From contig CM022676.1 of the NCBI GenBank assembly GCA_012295275.1, forward strand, positions 2,976,001-3,040,000: DNA of 64,000 nt, written 5' to 3'. Below are positions 27,806 through 41,644 of the stretch, in pieces. The notes below the pieces were generated by a model. That model ran no database searches and had not been told where the DNA came from. It saw nothing but the letters and a program-made list of their open reading frames with translations. The stretch comes from Chrysomallon squamiferum. Lineage: Eukaryota > Animalia > Mollusca. A program made the translations under genes and the position numbers. Every line of letters begins with the position of its first letter. Positions within the stretch are counted from its first letter, which is position 1.

Positions 27806-28471
27806 GTAAGAAATTATCCATTTTATTTAATTTTTTAATTAATTAATCAGTATGTATGTATGTATATATGTTTGTATATATGTATGTTTGTATGTATGTG
27901 TGTATGTATATAATATGCATGTTTGTATGAATGTATGTATGTATGTATGTACATAATATGCATGAATGTATTATATGTATTTTAGCATCTGAATTTATCT
28001 GTCTTTTGTACGTCTGAATAAATGTTTGCGTGAGTAAATGTATGTGTGTGTGTATGTATATGCGTATTTAATATGTGTATTTGATATTTCCTTTTCGAAA
28101 GTTTCTGCTTTTGAAAAAAAAAATGTATATATTTTATTTTATTCTGATATAATTCATGCAGAGATATGTGTGTAATCTCTATGTATGTATGTGTGAGTGT
28201 GCGTGTATATATATATAATATGCATGTATATATGTATATAGTTTAGTATCTGAAGTTCTCTGTCTTATGTACGTCTGTATGGATGAATGTTTGTGTGAAT
28301 ATATAACCATTATATAAAACTATAATCTTTGTATGTATATATATTTGTATGTGTTTGTGTGTGTTTGTATATGTAAGTATGCTTGCATCCATATATGTAT
28401 ATTTGAATATATGTGTATGTGTGTGTGTGGTTTTGTGTATTTATTTAAGTGTTCTTTCTTCTATTTTCCAG

Positions 28472-29516
28472 ATTTCTTTATACTGATGAAACGGACTTTA
28501 AAGCCGACAACGTCATTCGATTGTTGTACCTTGCCAGGAAGTATGACGTCATTCATCTGGAAAAGAGATGTCTTAACTATCTTGAAACGGAAATGACGAA
28601 AGAAGACGCATGCATCGTTCTCGAAGAAACCCACAATTATAAACAAGACGATTTTACGGAAACGTGTCTGAGATATATTTGGGAAAATGGCGAAGCTGTA
28701 CTGAATTCAGAGAGTTTCACAGATCTCTGTCGTGAATGTGTAGGAAAGATAATTGAATCTGATGATCTGAACGCCACTGAGGAGACAGTTTTTCAGTCAT
28801 GCATGAAATGGAGTGAAGCTGAGTGCAGACGACAGGAAAAAGAAATAACAGCAGAAAACCAACGTCAAATGCTGGGAAAAGAGCTGTACCTCATTCGCTT
28901 TCCTCTTCTCGACTCAGAGTATTTTAAAAATAAGATTTTGACTAAAGATATTTTAACTGAATCTGAAAAATTCGAAACTGTCTGTTCCTATGTCTACACA
29001 GAGCTAGATGTGTCACTTTTCAGCAAAAGCCGCAGAGTTGGCACAAAGAAGAAACTAATTGAAATCGACAGATTTAAAAATGTTCATTTGAACAGCATCA
29101 GTTATGCGTGTTCGTACTTGTATGATGTAACAGAATTTAGTTTAGACAGAAGTGCTGCTCTGAAAGGTTTCAGTATTCTCAGTGTTGTAGAAAAGAACAG
29201 TTATGTTACAATCAAAGCCAGTGTTTGTGAAGTTTCGAAAGATGTGATGCTTCCAGGATCTTCAGTGGATAAAACAATCAACCTGAGTAGTTTAGATATT
29301 GATTTCACAAGTCCTTTAGAGCTGAAGAAAAAAACAAAGTACAAACTGATTGTTCAAACACAAGGAAGAGTTACATATCACACAGAGGTCAGACAAGGTG
29401 AGATGCGTGAAGGTTTTCTGAAGTGTACATTCTCAGACTACAAATCATGTTCTCACACTCCTACGTCCAATCAAGTCAAAACAAACTTGATATCTCGACT
29501 AAAATTCCTCGTTTGA
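28472..29516 (+). CDS. BTB-BACK-PHR-like protein copy 3, coding exon 2; 453 aa in total
   Basis: Acceptor ttttccag|A; open frame. The last ~130 aa are identical to copy 2. Confidence 0.92.
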
Positions 29517-31057
29517 GTGTGATTTATATTATATTTATAAAATGTTACTGCTGCTTCAATCATACATAGTAAATTCAGATATAAATCATATTATTATTAA
29601 TAGCTGTATTATTAGTAATCTCTATATACACAAACATTCATAAATACACATATATACACACATACACACATAAACAGAGCAGCAGCCCAAAAAAAAAAAA
29701 AAAATGTTATCAGAATAATTTGGAAGTTTGAAAAAGAAAAAGACAAATGGAAAACTTACGGACGAGGAATTTCACTTTCGTTTCGGTAGAATATTATTAT
29801 TTTACATTCAGAACAAGAAAGAACATGACTTAACTGACTGAAAAAAAGCCCAGATTAACTTTTTGTAAATTAACTTTGCAGTGATCATTTTAATTATTGT
29901 TTTAGATAACAGTTTTATTATTAATTTTATTGTCTCATAATTTATCACTGTTCGTGTGTTACTTTGGAAACGTTTATCATAGTAACGTGTCATCTGTGTG
30001 TTTTAATCATGTTTTTACAAAATTCTTTGGTTTAACACCGATTCCGAGATAGATGGAAGAATCAAGAAAAATCACTCTGGGATAATAGCACAAATGATTT
30101 CTCCAGAGTTACATACTGTTTATTTATTTATTTATTTAGAATTATTTTTTTAATTTACTTTTATTCGGTTGAAATATGTTTTATGTATTGTCAAAGAGTG
30201 CTGAGAAAAGATTTTCTATACTGTTTTGATTTATTTTTAATTTTTAAATTTTAAATTTTTTTATTTCGTGACTCTGGACTATAATATTTTTGATCGATAA
30301 GGTAATTAATTAGATTTGCAGTTCGAAAACGATCGAATGAATAGTTATATAAATAAATATGTCTTTAATATAAAATGTTATACTATCCTATGCTATGCTG
30401 TGCTGTGCAATGATATGCTATTCTATGCTATGCGATAGTATACTATGCTATACTATGCTATACTATGCTATACTATGCTATACAATAGTACGTACGGTAT
30501 AATATTAATTAATTATTGTTAAATGTTTACTTTAAAAAAATATAAAATATAATAATAAAATTGCCTTTACATTTTAAAAAGTTACAAACAGCTATTTCTT
30601 AAATGTATTTTCAGTGCGAATATAAATTTTGTTTTTAATAAATAACTGTTTTATTTTTAAAATTATATTTAAATGTCAGTTTATATTTATAGGCAATAGT
30701 ATAATTATATTTGTTGCTTTTTAAAGATTAGGATTCAGTAAATGTTTTTTATATATATATTTGTGCTTTTTAGATAGACGGATAATGTAATCATAATGTA
30801 TTTTGAAAATACACGGTTTTAATTTTTACTTATTTATATTTTCAAATTAGTTCTGTTCAGAAGAAGTATTTTTATTGTTAAAGAGCTCTGAAAAAGTTCT
30901 ACATTGTTTTATTTAATTTTTAATTTTAAAAATTTGATTATTATTATTTTCGTGACTCTTGATTTTAAGATTTTTGATTCATAAGGTAACTGATTACACG
31001 TGCAGCTCTGAAACGTGTGTGTGTGCGTGTGTGTGTGTGCGTGTGTGTGTGTGCGTG

Positions 31058-31257
31058 NNNNNNNNNNNNNNNNNNNNNNNNNNNNNNNNNNNNNNNNNNN
31101 NNNNNNNNNNNNNNNNNNNNNNNNNNNNNNNNNNNNNNNNNNNNNNNNNNNNNNNNNNNNNNNNNNNNNNNNNNNNNNNNNNNNNNNNNNNNNNNNNNNN
31201 NNNNNNNNNNNNNNNNNNNNNNNNNNNNNNNNNNNNNNNNNNNNNNNNNNNNNNNNN
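31058..31257. other. Assembly gap (200 N)
   Basis: A round-number run of N typical of a scaffolding join; true size and relative orientation of the two sides are unknown. Confidence 0.98.
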
Positions 31258-34200
31258 CATTTGATAGAATCGTTTTTATAATATCAGTATTTATTATTTC
31301 ATTTTGTATTTATTAATATTCTGAAATTTATTTGTTTTTAAATTTTCTGGCAATTTTTAATTAATTGAATTTTGTTTCTTTTACAATTTTATATGCATTC
31401 AGTACCAGAGGTTTTTCTAGGTGTAAGTGTATGTGTGTGTGTGTGTCTGTCTGTCTGTCTGTCTGTATATATATATATAAACTAAGCTAAGAAAAAATAA
31501 TATCGATTAGAGTGAGGTCCCTTGGGTGAGATGTACTCACTAATTCTTCGATCATTTTAAAGTTTTAAAGTGGTTCTTTATTGTTTCCTTATTTATTTAC
31601 TCTATCCTGTCTACTTTGCTTATTGTTGTTATAATTAAAAAATCAGTAAATAAAATAATTTTTTGTGTCATTTGATAGAATCGTTTTTATAATATCAGTA
31701 TTTATTATTTCATTTTGTATTTATTAATATTCTGAAATTTATTTGTTTTTAAATTTTCTGGCAATTTTAAATCGATTGAATTTTGTTTCTTTTACAATTT
31801 TATAATCATTCAGTACCAGAGGTTTTTATCTGTGTGTGTGTGTGTGTGTGTCGGTGTGTCTCTCTGTCTGTATATATATAAACAAAGCAGAGAAAAAATG
31901 GTATCGATTAGAGTTAGGTCCCTTACGTGAGATGTATTCACGAAGCGAAGTAAAAATTATGTCGATTAGACTTATCTCCCTTTAGTGATATGTGTTCAGA
32001 AACATATATTAGAGTGAGGTCCAATAGGTGAGATGTACTCACTAAGCCTTCGACCGGTTTAAACTTTCAAAGTCGTTTATAATTTGTTTACTTATTTATT
32101 TCTTAGATATCCTGTCTAGTTTGCTTATTGCTGTTATAATTAAAAAATCAGTAAATAAAATAATTTTTTGTGTCATTTGATAGAATCGTTTTTATAATAT
32201 CAGTATTTATTATTTCATTTTGTATTTATTAATATTCTGAAATTTATTTGTTTTTAAATTTTCTGGCAATTTTTAATTAATTGAATTTTGTTTCTTTTAC
32301 AATTTTATATGCATTCAGTACCAGAGGTTTTTCTAGGTGTAAGTGTATGTGTGTGTGTGTGTGTCTGTCTGTCTGTCTGTCTGTATATATATATATATAA
32401 ACTAAGCTAAGAAAAAATAATATCGATTAGAGTGAGGTCCCTTGGGTGAGATGTACTCACTAATTCTTCGATCATTTTAAAGTTTTAAAGTGGTTCTTTA
32501 TTGTTTCCTTATTTATTTACTCTATCCTGTCTACTTTGCTTATTGTTGTTATAATTAAAAAATCAGTAAATAAAATAATTTTTTGTGTCATTTGATAGAA
32601 TCGTTTTTATAATATCAGTATTTATTATTTCATTTTGTATTTATTAATATTCTGAAATTTATTTGTTTTTAAATTTTCTGGCAATTTTAAATCGATTGAA
32701 TTTTGTTTCTTTTACAATTTTATAATCATTCAGTACCAGAGGTTTTTATCTGTGTGTGTGTGTGTGTGTCGGTGTGTCTCTCTGTCTGTATATATATAAA
32801 CAAAGCAGAGAAAAAATGATATCGATTAGAGTTAGGTCCCTTACGTGAGATGTATTCACTAAGCGAAGTAAAAATTATGTTGATTAGACTTATCTCCCTT
32901 TAGTGATATGTGTTCAGAAACATATATTAGAGTGAGGTCCAATAGGTGAGATGTACTCACTAAGCCTTCGACCGGTTTAAACTTTCAAAGTCGTTTATAA
33001 TTTGTTTACTTATTTATTTCTTAGATATCCTGTCTAGTTTGCTTATTGCTGTTATAATTAAAAAATCAGTAAATAAAATAATTTTTTGTGTCATTTGATA
33101 GAATCGTTTTTATAATATCAGTATTTATTATTTCATTTTGTATTTATTAATATTCTGAAATTTATTTGTTTTTAAATTTTCTGGCAATTTTTAATTAATT
33201 GAATTTTGTTTCTTTTACAATTTTATATGCATTCAGTACCAGAGGTTTTTCTAGGTGTAAGTGTATGTGTGTGTGTGTCTGTCTGTCTGTCTGTCTGTAT
33301 ATATATATATATATATAAACTAAGCTAAGAAAAAATAATATCGATTAGAGTGAGGTCCCTTGGGTGAGATGTACTCACTAATTCTTCGATCATTTTAAAG
33401 TTTTAAAGTGGTTCTTTATTGTTTCCTTATTTATTTACTCTATCCTGTCTACTTTGCTTATTGTTGTTATAATTAAAAAATCAGTAAATAAAATAATTTT
33501 TTGTGTCATTTGATAGAATCGTTTTTATAATATCAGTATTTATTATTTCATTTTGTATTTATTAGTATTCTGAAATTTATTTGTTTTTAAATTTTCTGGC
33601 AATTTTAAATCGATTGAATTTTGTTTCTTTTACAATTTTATAATCATTCAGTACCAGATGTTTTTATCTGTGTGTGTGTGTGTGTGTCGGTGTGTCTCTC
33701 TGTCTGTATATATATAAACAAAGCAGAGAAAAAATGGTATCGATTAGAGTTAGGTCCCTTACGTGAGATGTATTCACGAAGCGAAGTAAAAATTATGTCG
33801 ATTAGACTTATCTCCCTTTAGTGATATGTGTTCAGAAACATATATTAGAGTGAGGTCCAATAGGTGAGATGTACTCACTAAGCCTTCGACCGGTTTAAAC
33901 TTTCAAAGTCGTTTATAATTTGTTTACTTATTTATTTCTTAGATATCCTGTCTAGTTTGCTTATTGCTGTTATAATTAAAAAATCAGTAAATAAAATAAT
34001 TTTTTGTGTCATTTGATAGAATCGTTTTTATAATATCAGTATTTATTATTTCATTTTGTATTTATTAATATTCTGAAATTTATTTGTTTTTAAATTTTCT
34101 GGCAATTTTTAATTAATTGAATTTTGTTTCTTTTACAATTTTATATGCATTCAGTACCAGAGGTTTTTCTAGGTGTAAGTGTATGTGTGTGTGTGTCTGT

Positions 34201-37200
34201 CTGTCTGTCTGTCTGTATATATATATATATATAAACTAAGCTAAGAAAAAATAATATCGATTAGAGTGAGGTCCCTTGGGTGAGATGTACTCACTAATTC
34301 TTCGATCATTTTAAAGTTTTAAAGTGGTTCTTTATTGTTTCCTTATTTATTTACTCTATCCTGTCTACTTTGCTTATTGTTGTTATAATTAAAAAATCAG
34401 TAAATAAAATAATTTTTTGTGTCATTTGATAGAATCGTTTTTATAATATCAGTATTTATTATTTCATTTTGTATTTATTAATATTCTGAAATTTATTTGT
34501 TTTTAAATTTTCTGGCAATTTTAAATCGATTGAATTTTGTTTCTTTTACAATTTTATAATCATTCAGTACCAGAGGTTTTTATCTGTGTGTGTGTGTTTG
34601 TCGGTGTGTCTCTCTGTCTGTATATATATAAACAAAGCAGAGAAAAAATGATATCGATTAGAGTTAGGTCCCTTACGTGAGATGTATTCACTAAGCGAAG
34701 TAAAAATTATGTCGATTAGACTTATCTCCCTTTAGTGATATGTGTTCAGAAACATATATTAGAGTGAGGTCCAATAGGTGAGATGTACTCACTAAGCCTT
34801 CGACCGGTTTAAACTTTCAAAGTCGTTTATAATTTGTTTACTTATTTATTTCTTAGATATCCTGTCTAGTTTGCTTATTGCTGTTATAATTAAAAAATCA
34901 GTAAATAAAATAATTTTTTGTGTCATTTGATAGAATCGTTTTTATAATATCAGTATTTATTATTTCATTTTGTATTTATTAATATTCTGAAATTTATTTG
35001 TTTTTAAATTTTCTGGCAATTTTTAATTAATTGAATTTTGTTTCTTTTACAATTTTATATGCATTCAGTACCAGAGGTTTTTCTAGGTGTAAGTGTATGT
35101 GTGTGTGTGTCTGTCTGTCTGTCTGTCTGTATATATATATATATAAACTAAGCTAAGAAAAAATAATATCGATTAGAGTGAGGTCCCTTGGGTGAGATGT
35201 ACTCACTAATTCTTCGATCATTTTAAAGTTTTAAAGTGGTTCTTTATTGTTTACTTACTTATTTCCTATATATCCTGTCTACTTTGCTTATTGTTGTTAT
35301 AATTAAAAAATCAGTAAATAAAATAATTTTTTGTGTCATTTGATAGAATCGTTTTTATAATATCAGTATTTATTATTTCATTTTGTATTTATTAATATTC
35401 TGAAATTTATTTGTTTTTAAATTTTCTGGCAATTTTAAATCGATTGAATTTTGTTTCTTTTACAATTTTATAATCATTCAGTACCAGAGGTTTTTATCTG
35501 TGTGTGTGTGTGTGTGTCGGTGTGTCTCTCTGTCTGTATATATATAAACAAAGCAGAGAAAAAATGGTATCGATTAGAGTTAGGTCCCTTACGTGAGATG
35601 TATTCACGAAGCGAAGTAAAAATTATGTCGATTAGACTTATCTCCCTTTAGTGATATGTGTTCAGAAACATATATTAGAGTGAGGTCCAATAGGTGAGAT
35701 GTACTCACTAAGCCTTCGACCGGTTTAAACTTTCAAAGTCGTTTATAATTTGTTTACTTATTTATTTCTTAGATATCCTGTCTAGTTTGCTTATTGCTGT
35801 TATAATTAAAAAATCAGTAAATAAAATAATTTTTTGTGTCATTTGATAGAATCGTTTTTATAATATCAGTATTTATTATTTCATTTTGTATTTATTAATA
35901 TTCTGAAATTTATTTGTTTTTAAATTTTCTGGCAATTTTTAATTAATTGAATTTTGTTTCTTTTACAATTTTATATGCATTCAGTACCAGAGGTTTTTCT
36001 AGGTGTAAGTGTGTGTGTGTGTGTGTCTGTCTGTCTGTCTGTCTGTATATATATATATATAAACTAAGCTAAGAAAAAATAATATCGATTAGAGTGAGGT
36101 CCCTTGGGTGAGATGTACTCACTAATTCTCGATCATCATTTTAAAGTTTTAAAGTGGTTCTTTATTGTTTTTATTTATTTATTTCTATCCTGTCTACTTT
36201 GCTTTTATTGTTGTTATAATTAAAAAATCAGTAAATAAAATAATTTTTTTGTGTCATTTGATAGAATCGTTTTTATAATATCAGTATTTATTATTTCATT
36301 TTGTATTTATTAGTATTCTGAAATTTATTTGTTTTTAAATTTTCTGGCAATTTTAAATCGATTGAATTTTGTTTCTTTTACAATTTTATAATCATTCAGT
36401 ACCAGAGGTTTTTATCTGTGTGTGTGTGTGTGTGTCGGTGTGTCTCTCTGTCTGTATATATATAAACAAAGCAGAGAAAAAATGGTATCGATTAGAGTTA
36501 GGTCCCTTACGTGAGATGTATTCACGAAGCGAAGTAAAAATTATGTCGATTAGACTTATCTCCCTTTAGTGATATGTGTTCAGAAACATATATTAGAGTG
36601 AGGTCCAATAGGTGAGATGTACTCACTAAGCCCTTTCGACCGGTTTAAACTTTCAAAGTCGTTTATAATTTGTTTACTTATTTATTTCTTAGATATCCTG
36701 TCTAGTTTGCTTATTGCTGTTATAATTAAAAAATCAGTAAATAAAATAATTTTTTGTGTCATTTGATAGAATCGTTTTTATAATATCAGTATTTATTATT
36801 TCATTTTGTATTTATTAATATTCTGAAATTTATTTAAATTTTTTTAAATTTTCTGGCAATTTTTAATTAATTGAATTTTGTTTCTTTTACAATTTTATAT
36901 GCATTCAGTACCAGAGGTTTTTCTAGGTGTAAGTGTATGTGTGTGTGTGTGTGTGTGTCTGTCTGTCTGTCTGTCTGTATATATATATATATATAAACAA
37001 AGCTAAGAAAAAATAATATCGATTAGAGTGAGGTCCCTTGGGTGAGATGTACTCACTAATTCTTCGATCATTTTAAAGTTTTAAAGTGGTTCTTTATTGT
37101 TTCCTTATTTATTTACTCTATCCTGTCTACTTTGCTTATTGTTGTTATAATAAAAAAAAAATCAGTAAATAAAATAATTTTTTGTGTCATTTGATAGAAT

Positions 37201-37905
37201 CGTTTTTATAATATCAGTATTTATTATTTCATTTTGTATTTATTAATATTCTGAAATTTATTTGTTTTTAAATTTTCTGGCAATTTTAAATCGATTGAAT
37301 TTTGTTTCTTTTACAATTTTATAATCATTCAGTACCAGAGTTTTTTATCTGTGTGTGTGTGTGTGTGTGTGTCGGTGTGTCTCTCTGTCTGTATATATAT
37401 AAACAAAGCAAAGAAAAAAAAATGATATCGATTAGAGTTAGGTCCCTTACGTGAGATGTATTCACTAAGCGAAGTAAAAATTATGTCGATTAGACTTATC
37501 TCCCTTTAGTGATATGTGTTCAGAAACATATATTAGAGTGAGGTCCAATAGGTGAGATGTACTCACTAAGCCTTCGACCGGTTTAAACTTTCAAAGTCGT
37601 TTATAATTTGTTTACTTATTTATTTCTTAGATATCCTGTCTAGTTTGCTTATTGCTGTTATAATTAAAAAATCAGTAAATAAAATAATTTTTTGTGTCAT
37701 TTGATAGAATCGTTTTTATAATATCAGTATTTATTATTTCATTTTGTATTTATATTAATATTTCATTTTGTATTTATTAATATTCTGAAATTTATTTGTT
37801 TTTAAATTTTCTGGCAATTTTTAATTAATTGAATTTTGTTTCTTTTACAATTTTATATGCATTCAGTACCAGAGGTTTTTCTAGGTGTAAGTGTGTGTGT
37901 GTGTG

Positions 37906-37936
<31 letters not shown>

Positions 37937-40900
37937 ATATATATATATATAAACTAAGCTAAGAAAAAATAATATCGATTAGAGTGAGGTCCCTTGGGTG
38001 AGATGTACTCACTAATTCTTCGATCATTTTAAAGTTTTAAAGTGGTTCTTTATTGTTTCCTTATTTATTTACTCTATCCTGTCTACTTTGCTTATTGTTG
38101 TTATAATTAAAAAATCAGTAAATAAAATAATTTTTTGTGTCATTTGATAGAATCGTTTTTATAATATCAGTATTTATTATTTCATTTTGTATTTATTAAT
38201 ATTCTGAAATTTATTTGTTTTTAAATTTTCTGGCAATTTTAAATCGATTGAATTTTGTTTCTTTTACAATTTTATAATCATTCAGTACCAGAGGTTTTTA
38301 TCTGTGTGTGTGTGTGTGTGTCGGTGTGTCTCTCTGTCTGTATATATATAAACAAAGCAGAGAAAAAATGGTATCGATTAGAGTTAGGTCCCTTACGTGA
38401 GATGTATTCACGAAGCGAAGTAAAAATTATGTCGATTAGACTTATCTCCCTTTAGTGATATGTGTTCAGAAACATATATTAGAGTGAGGTCCAATAGGTG
38501 AGATGTACTCACTAAGCCTTCGACCGGTTTAAACTTTCAAAGTCGTTTATAATTTGTTTACTTATTTATTTCTTAGATATCCTGTCTAGTTTGCTTATTG
38601 CTGTTATAATTAAAAAATCAGTAAATAAAATAATTTTTTGTGTCATTTGATAGAATCGTTTTTATAATATCAGTATTTATTATTTCATTTTGTATTTATT
38701 AATATTCTGAAATTTATTTGTTTTTAAATTTTCTGGCAATTTTTAATTAATTGAATTTTGTTTCTTTTACAATTTTATATGCATTCAGTACCAGAGGTTT
38801 TTCTAGGTGTAAGTGTGTGTGTGTGTGTGTGTGTGTCTGTCTGTCTGTCTGTCTGTATATATATATATATAAACTAAGCAAAGAAAAAATAATATCGATT
38901 AGAGTGAGGTCCCTTGGGTGAGATGTACTCACTAATTCTTCGATCATTTTAAAGTTTTAAAGTGGTTCTTTATTGTTTCCTTATTTATTTACTCTATCCT
39001 GTCTACTTTGCTTATTGTTGTTATAATTAAAAAATCAGTAAATAAAATAATTTTTTGTGTCATTTGATAGAATCGTTTTTATAATATCAGTATTTATTAT
39101 TTCATTTTGTATTTATTAATATTCTGAAATTTATTTGTTTTTAAATTTTCTGGCAATTTTAAATCGATTGAATTTTGTTTCTTTTACAATTTTATAATCA
39201 TTCAGTACCAGAGGTTTTTATCTGTGTGTGTGTGTGTGTTTGTCGGTGTGTCTCTGTCTGTCTGTCTGTATATATATAAACAAAGCTAAGAAAAAATGAT
39301 ATCGATTAGAGTTAGGTCCCTTACGTGAGATGTATTCACTAAGCGAAGTAAAAATTATGTTGATTAGACTTATCTCCCTTTAGTGATATGTGTTCAGAAA
39401 CATATATTATAGTGAGGTCCAATAGGTGAGATGTACTCACTAAGCCTTCGACCAGTTTAAACTTTCAAAGTCGTTTATGATTTGTTTACTTACTTATTTC
39501 CTATATATCCTGTCTACTTTGCTTATTGCTGTTATAATTAAAAAATCAGTAAATAAAATAATTTTTTGTGTCATTTGATGGAATCGTTTTTATAATATCA
39601 GTATTTATTATTTCATTTTGTATTTATTAGTATTCTGAAATTTATTTGTTTTTAAATTTTCTGGCAATTTTAAATCGATTAAATTTTCTGGCAATTTTAA
39701 ATCGATTGAATTTTGTTTCTTTTACAATTTTATAATCATTCAGTACCAGAGGTTTTTATCTGTGTGTGTGTGTGTGTGTCGGTGTGTCTCTCTGTCTGTA
39801 TATATATAAACAAAGCAGAGAAAAAATGGTATCGATTAGAGTTAGGTCCCTTACGTGAGATGTATTCACGAAGCGAAGTAAAAATTATGTCGATTAGACT
39901 TATCTCCCTTTAGTGATATGTGTTCAGAAACATATATTAGAGTGAGGTCCAATAGGTGAGATGTACTCACTAAGCCTTCGACCGGTTTAAACTTTCAAAG
40001 TCGTTTATAATTTGTTTACTTATTTATTTCTTAGATATCCTGTCTAGTTTGCTTATTGCTGTTATAATTAAAAAAATCAGTAAATAAAATAATTTTTTTT
40101 GTGTCATTTGATAGAATCGTTTTTATAATATCAGTATTTATTATTTCATTTTGTATTTATTAATATTCTGAAATTTATTTGTTTTTAAATTTTCTGGCAA
40201 TTTTTAATTAATTGAATTTTGTTTCTTTTACAATTTTATATGCATTCAGTACCAGAGGTTTTTCTAGGTGTAAGTGTATGTGTGTGTGTGTCTGTCTGTC
40301 TGTCTGTCTGTATATATATATATATAAACTAAGCTAAGAAAAAATAATATCGATTAGAGTGAGGTCCCTTGGGTGAGATGTACTCACTAATTCTTCGATC
40401 ATTTTAAAGTTTTAAAGTGGTTCTTTATTGTTTCCTTATTTATTTACTCTATCCTGTCTACTTTGCTTATTGTTGTTATAATTAAAAAATCAGTAAATAA
40501 AATAATTTTTTGTGTCATTTGATAGAATCGTTTTTATAATATCAGTATTTATTATTTCATTTTGTATTTATTAATATTCTGAAATTTATTTGTTTTTAAA
40601 TTTTCTGGCAATTTTAAATCGATTGAATTTTGTTTCTTTTACAATTTTTTATAATCATTCAGTACCAGAGGTTTTTATCTGTGTGTGTGTGTTTGTCGGT
40701 GTGTCTCTCTGTCTGTATATATATAAACAAAGCAGAGAAAAAATGATATCGATTAGAGTTAGGTCCCTTACGTGAGATGTATTCACTAAGCGAAGTAAAA
40801 ATTATGTTGATTAGACTTATCTCCCTTTAGTGATATGTGTTCAGAAACATATATTAGAGTGAGGTCCAATAGGTGAGATGTACTCACTAAGCCTTCGACC

Positions 40901-41611
40901 AGTTTAAACTTTCAAAGTCGTTTATAATTTGTTTACTTATTTATTTCTTAGATATCCTGTCTAGTTTGCTTATTGCTGTTATAATTAAAAAATCAGTAAA
41001 TAAAATAATTTTTTGTGTCATTTGATAGAATCGTTTTTATAATATCAGTATTTATTATTTCATTTTGTATTTATTAATATTCTGAAATTTATTTGTTTTT
41101 AAATTTTCTGGCAATTTTTAATTAATTGAATTTTGTTTCTTTTACAATTTTATATGCATTCAGTACCAGAGGTTTTTCTAGGTGTAAGTGTATGTGTGTG
41201 TGTGTCTGTCTGTCTGTCTGTCTGTATATATATATATATAAACTAAGCTAAGAAAAAATAATATCGATTAGAGTGAGGTCCCTTGGGTGAGATGTATGTA
41301 CTCACTAAAAATTCTTCGATCATTTTAAAGTTTTAAAGTGGTTCTTTATTGTTTAAGCCCTTATTTATTTACTCTATCCTGTCTATTTTTGCTTATTGTC
41401 TACTTTGCTTATTTATAATTAAAAAATCAGTAAATAAAATAATTTTTTGTGTCATTTGATAGAATCGTTTTTATAATATCAGTATTTATTATTTCATTTT
41501 GTATTTATTAATATTCTGAAATTTATTTGTTTTTAAATTTTCTGGCAATTTTAAATCGATTGAATTTTGTTTCTTTTACAATTTTATAATCATTCAGTAC
41601 CAGAGGTTTTT

Positions 41612-41644
<33 letters not shown>

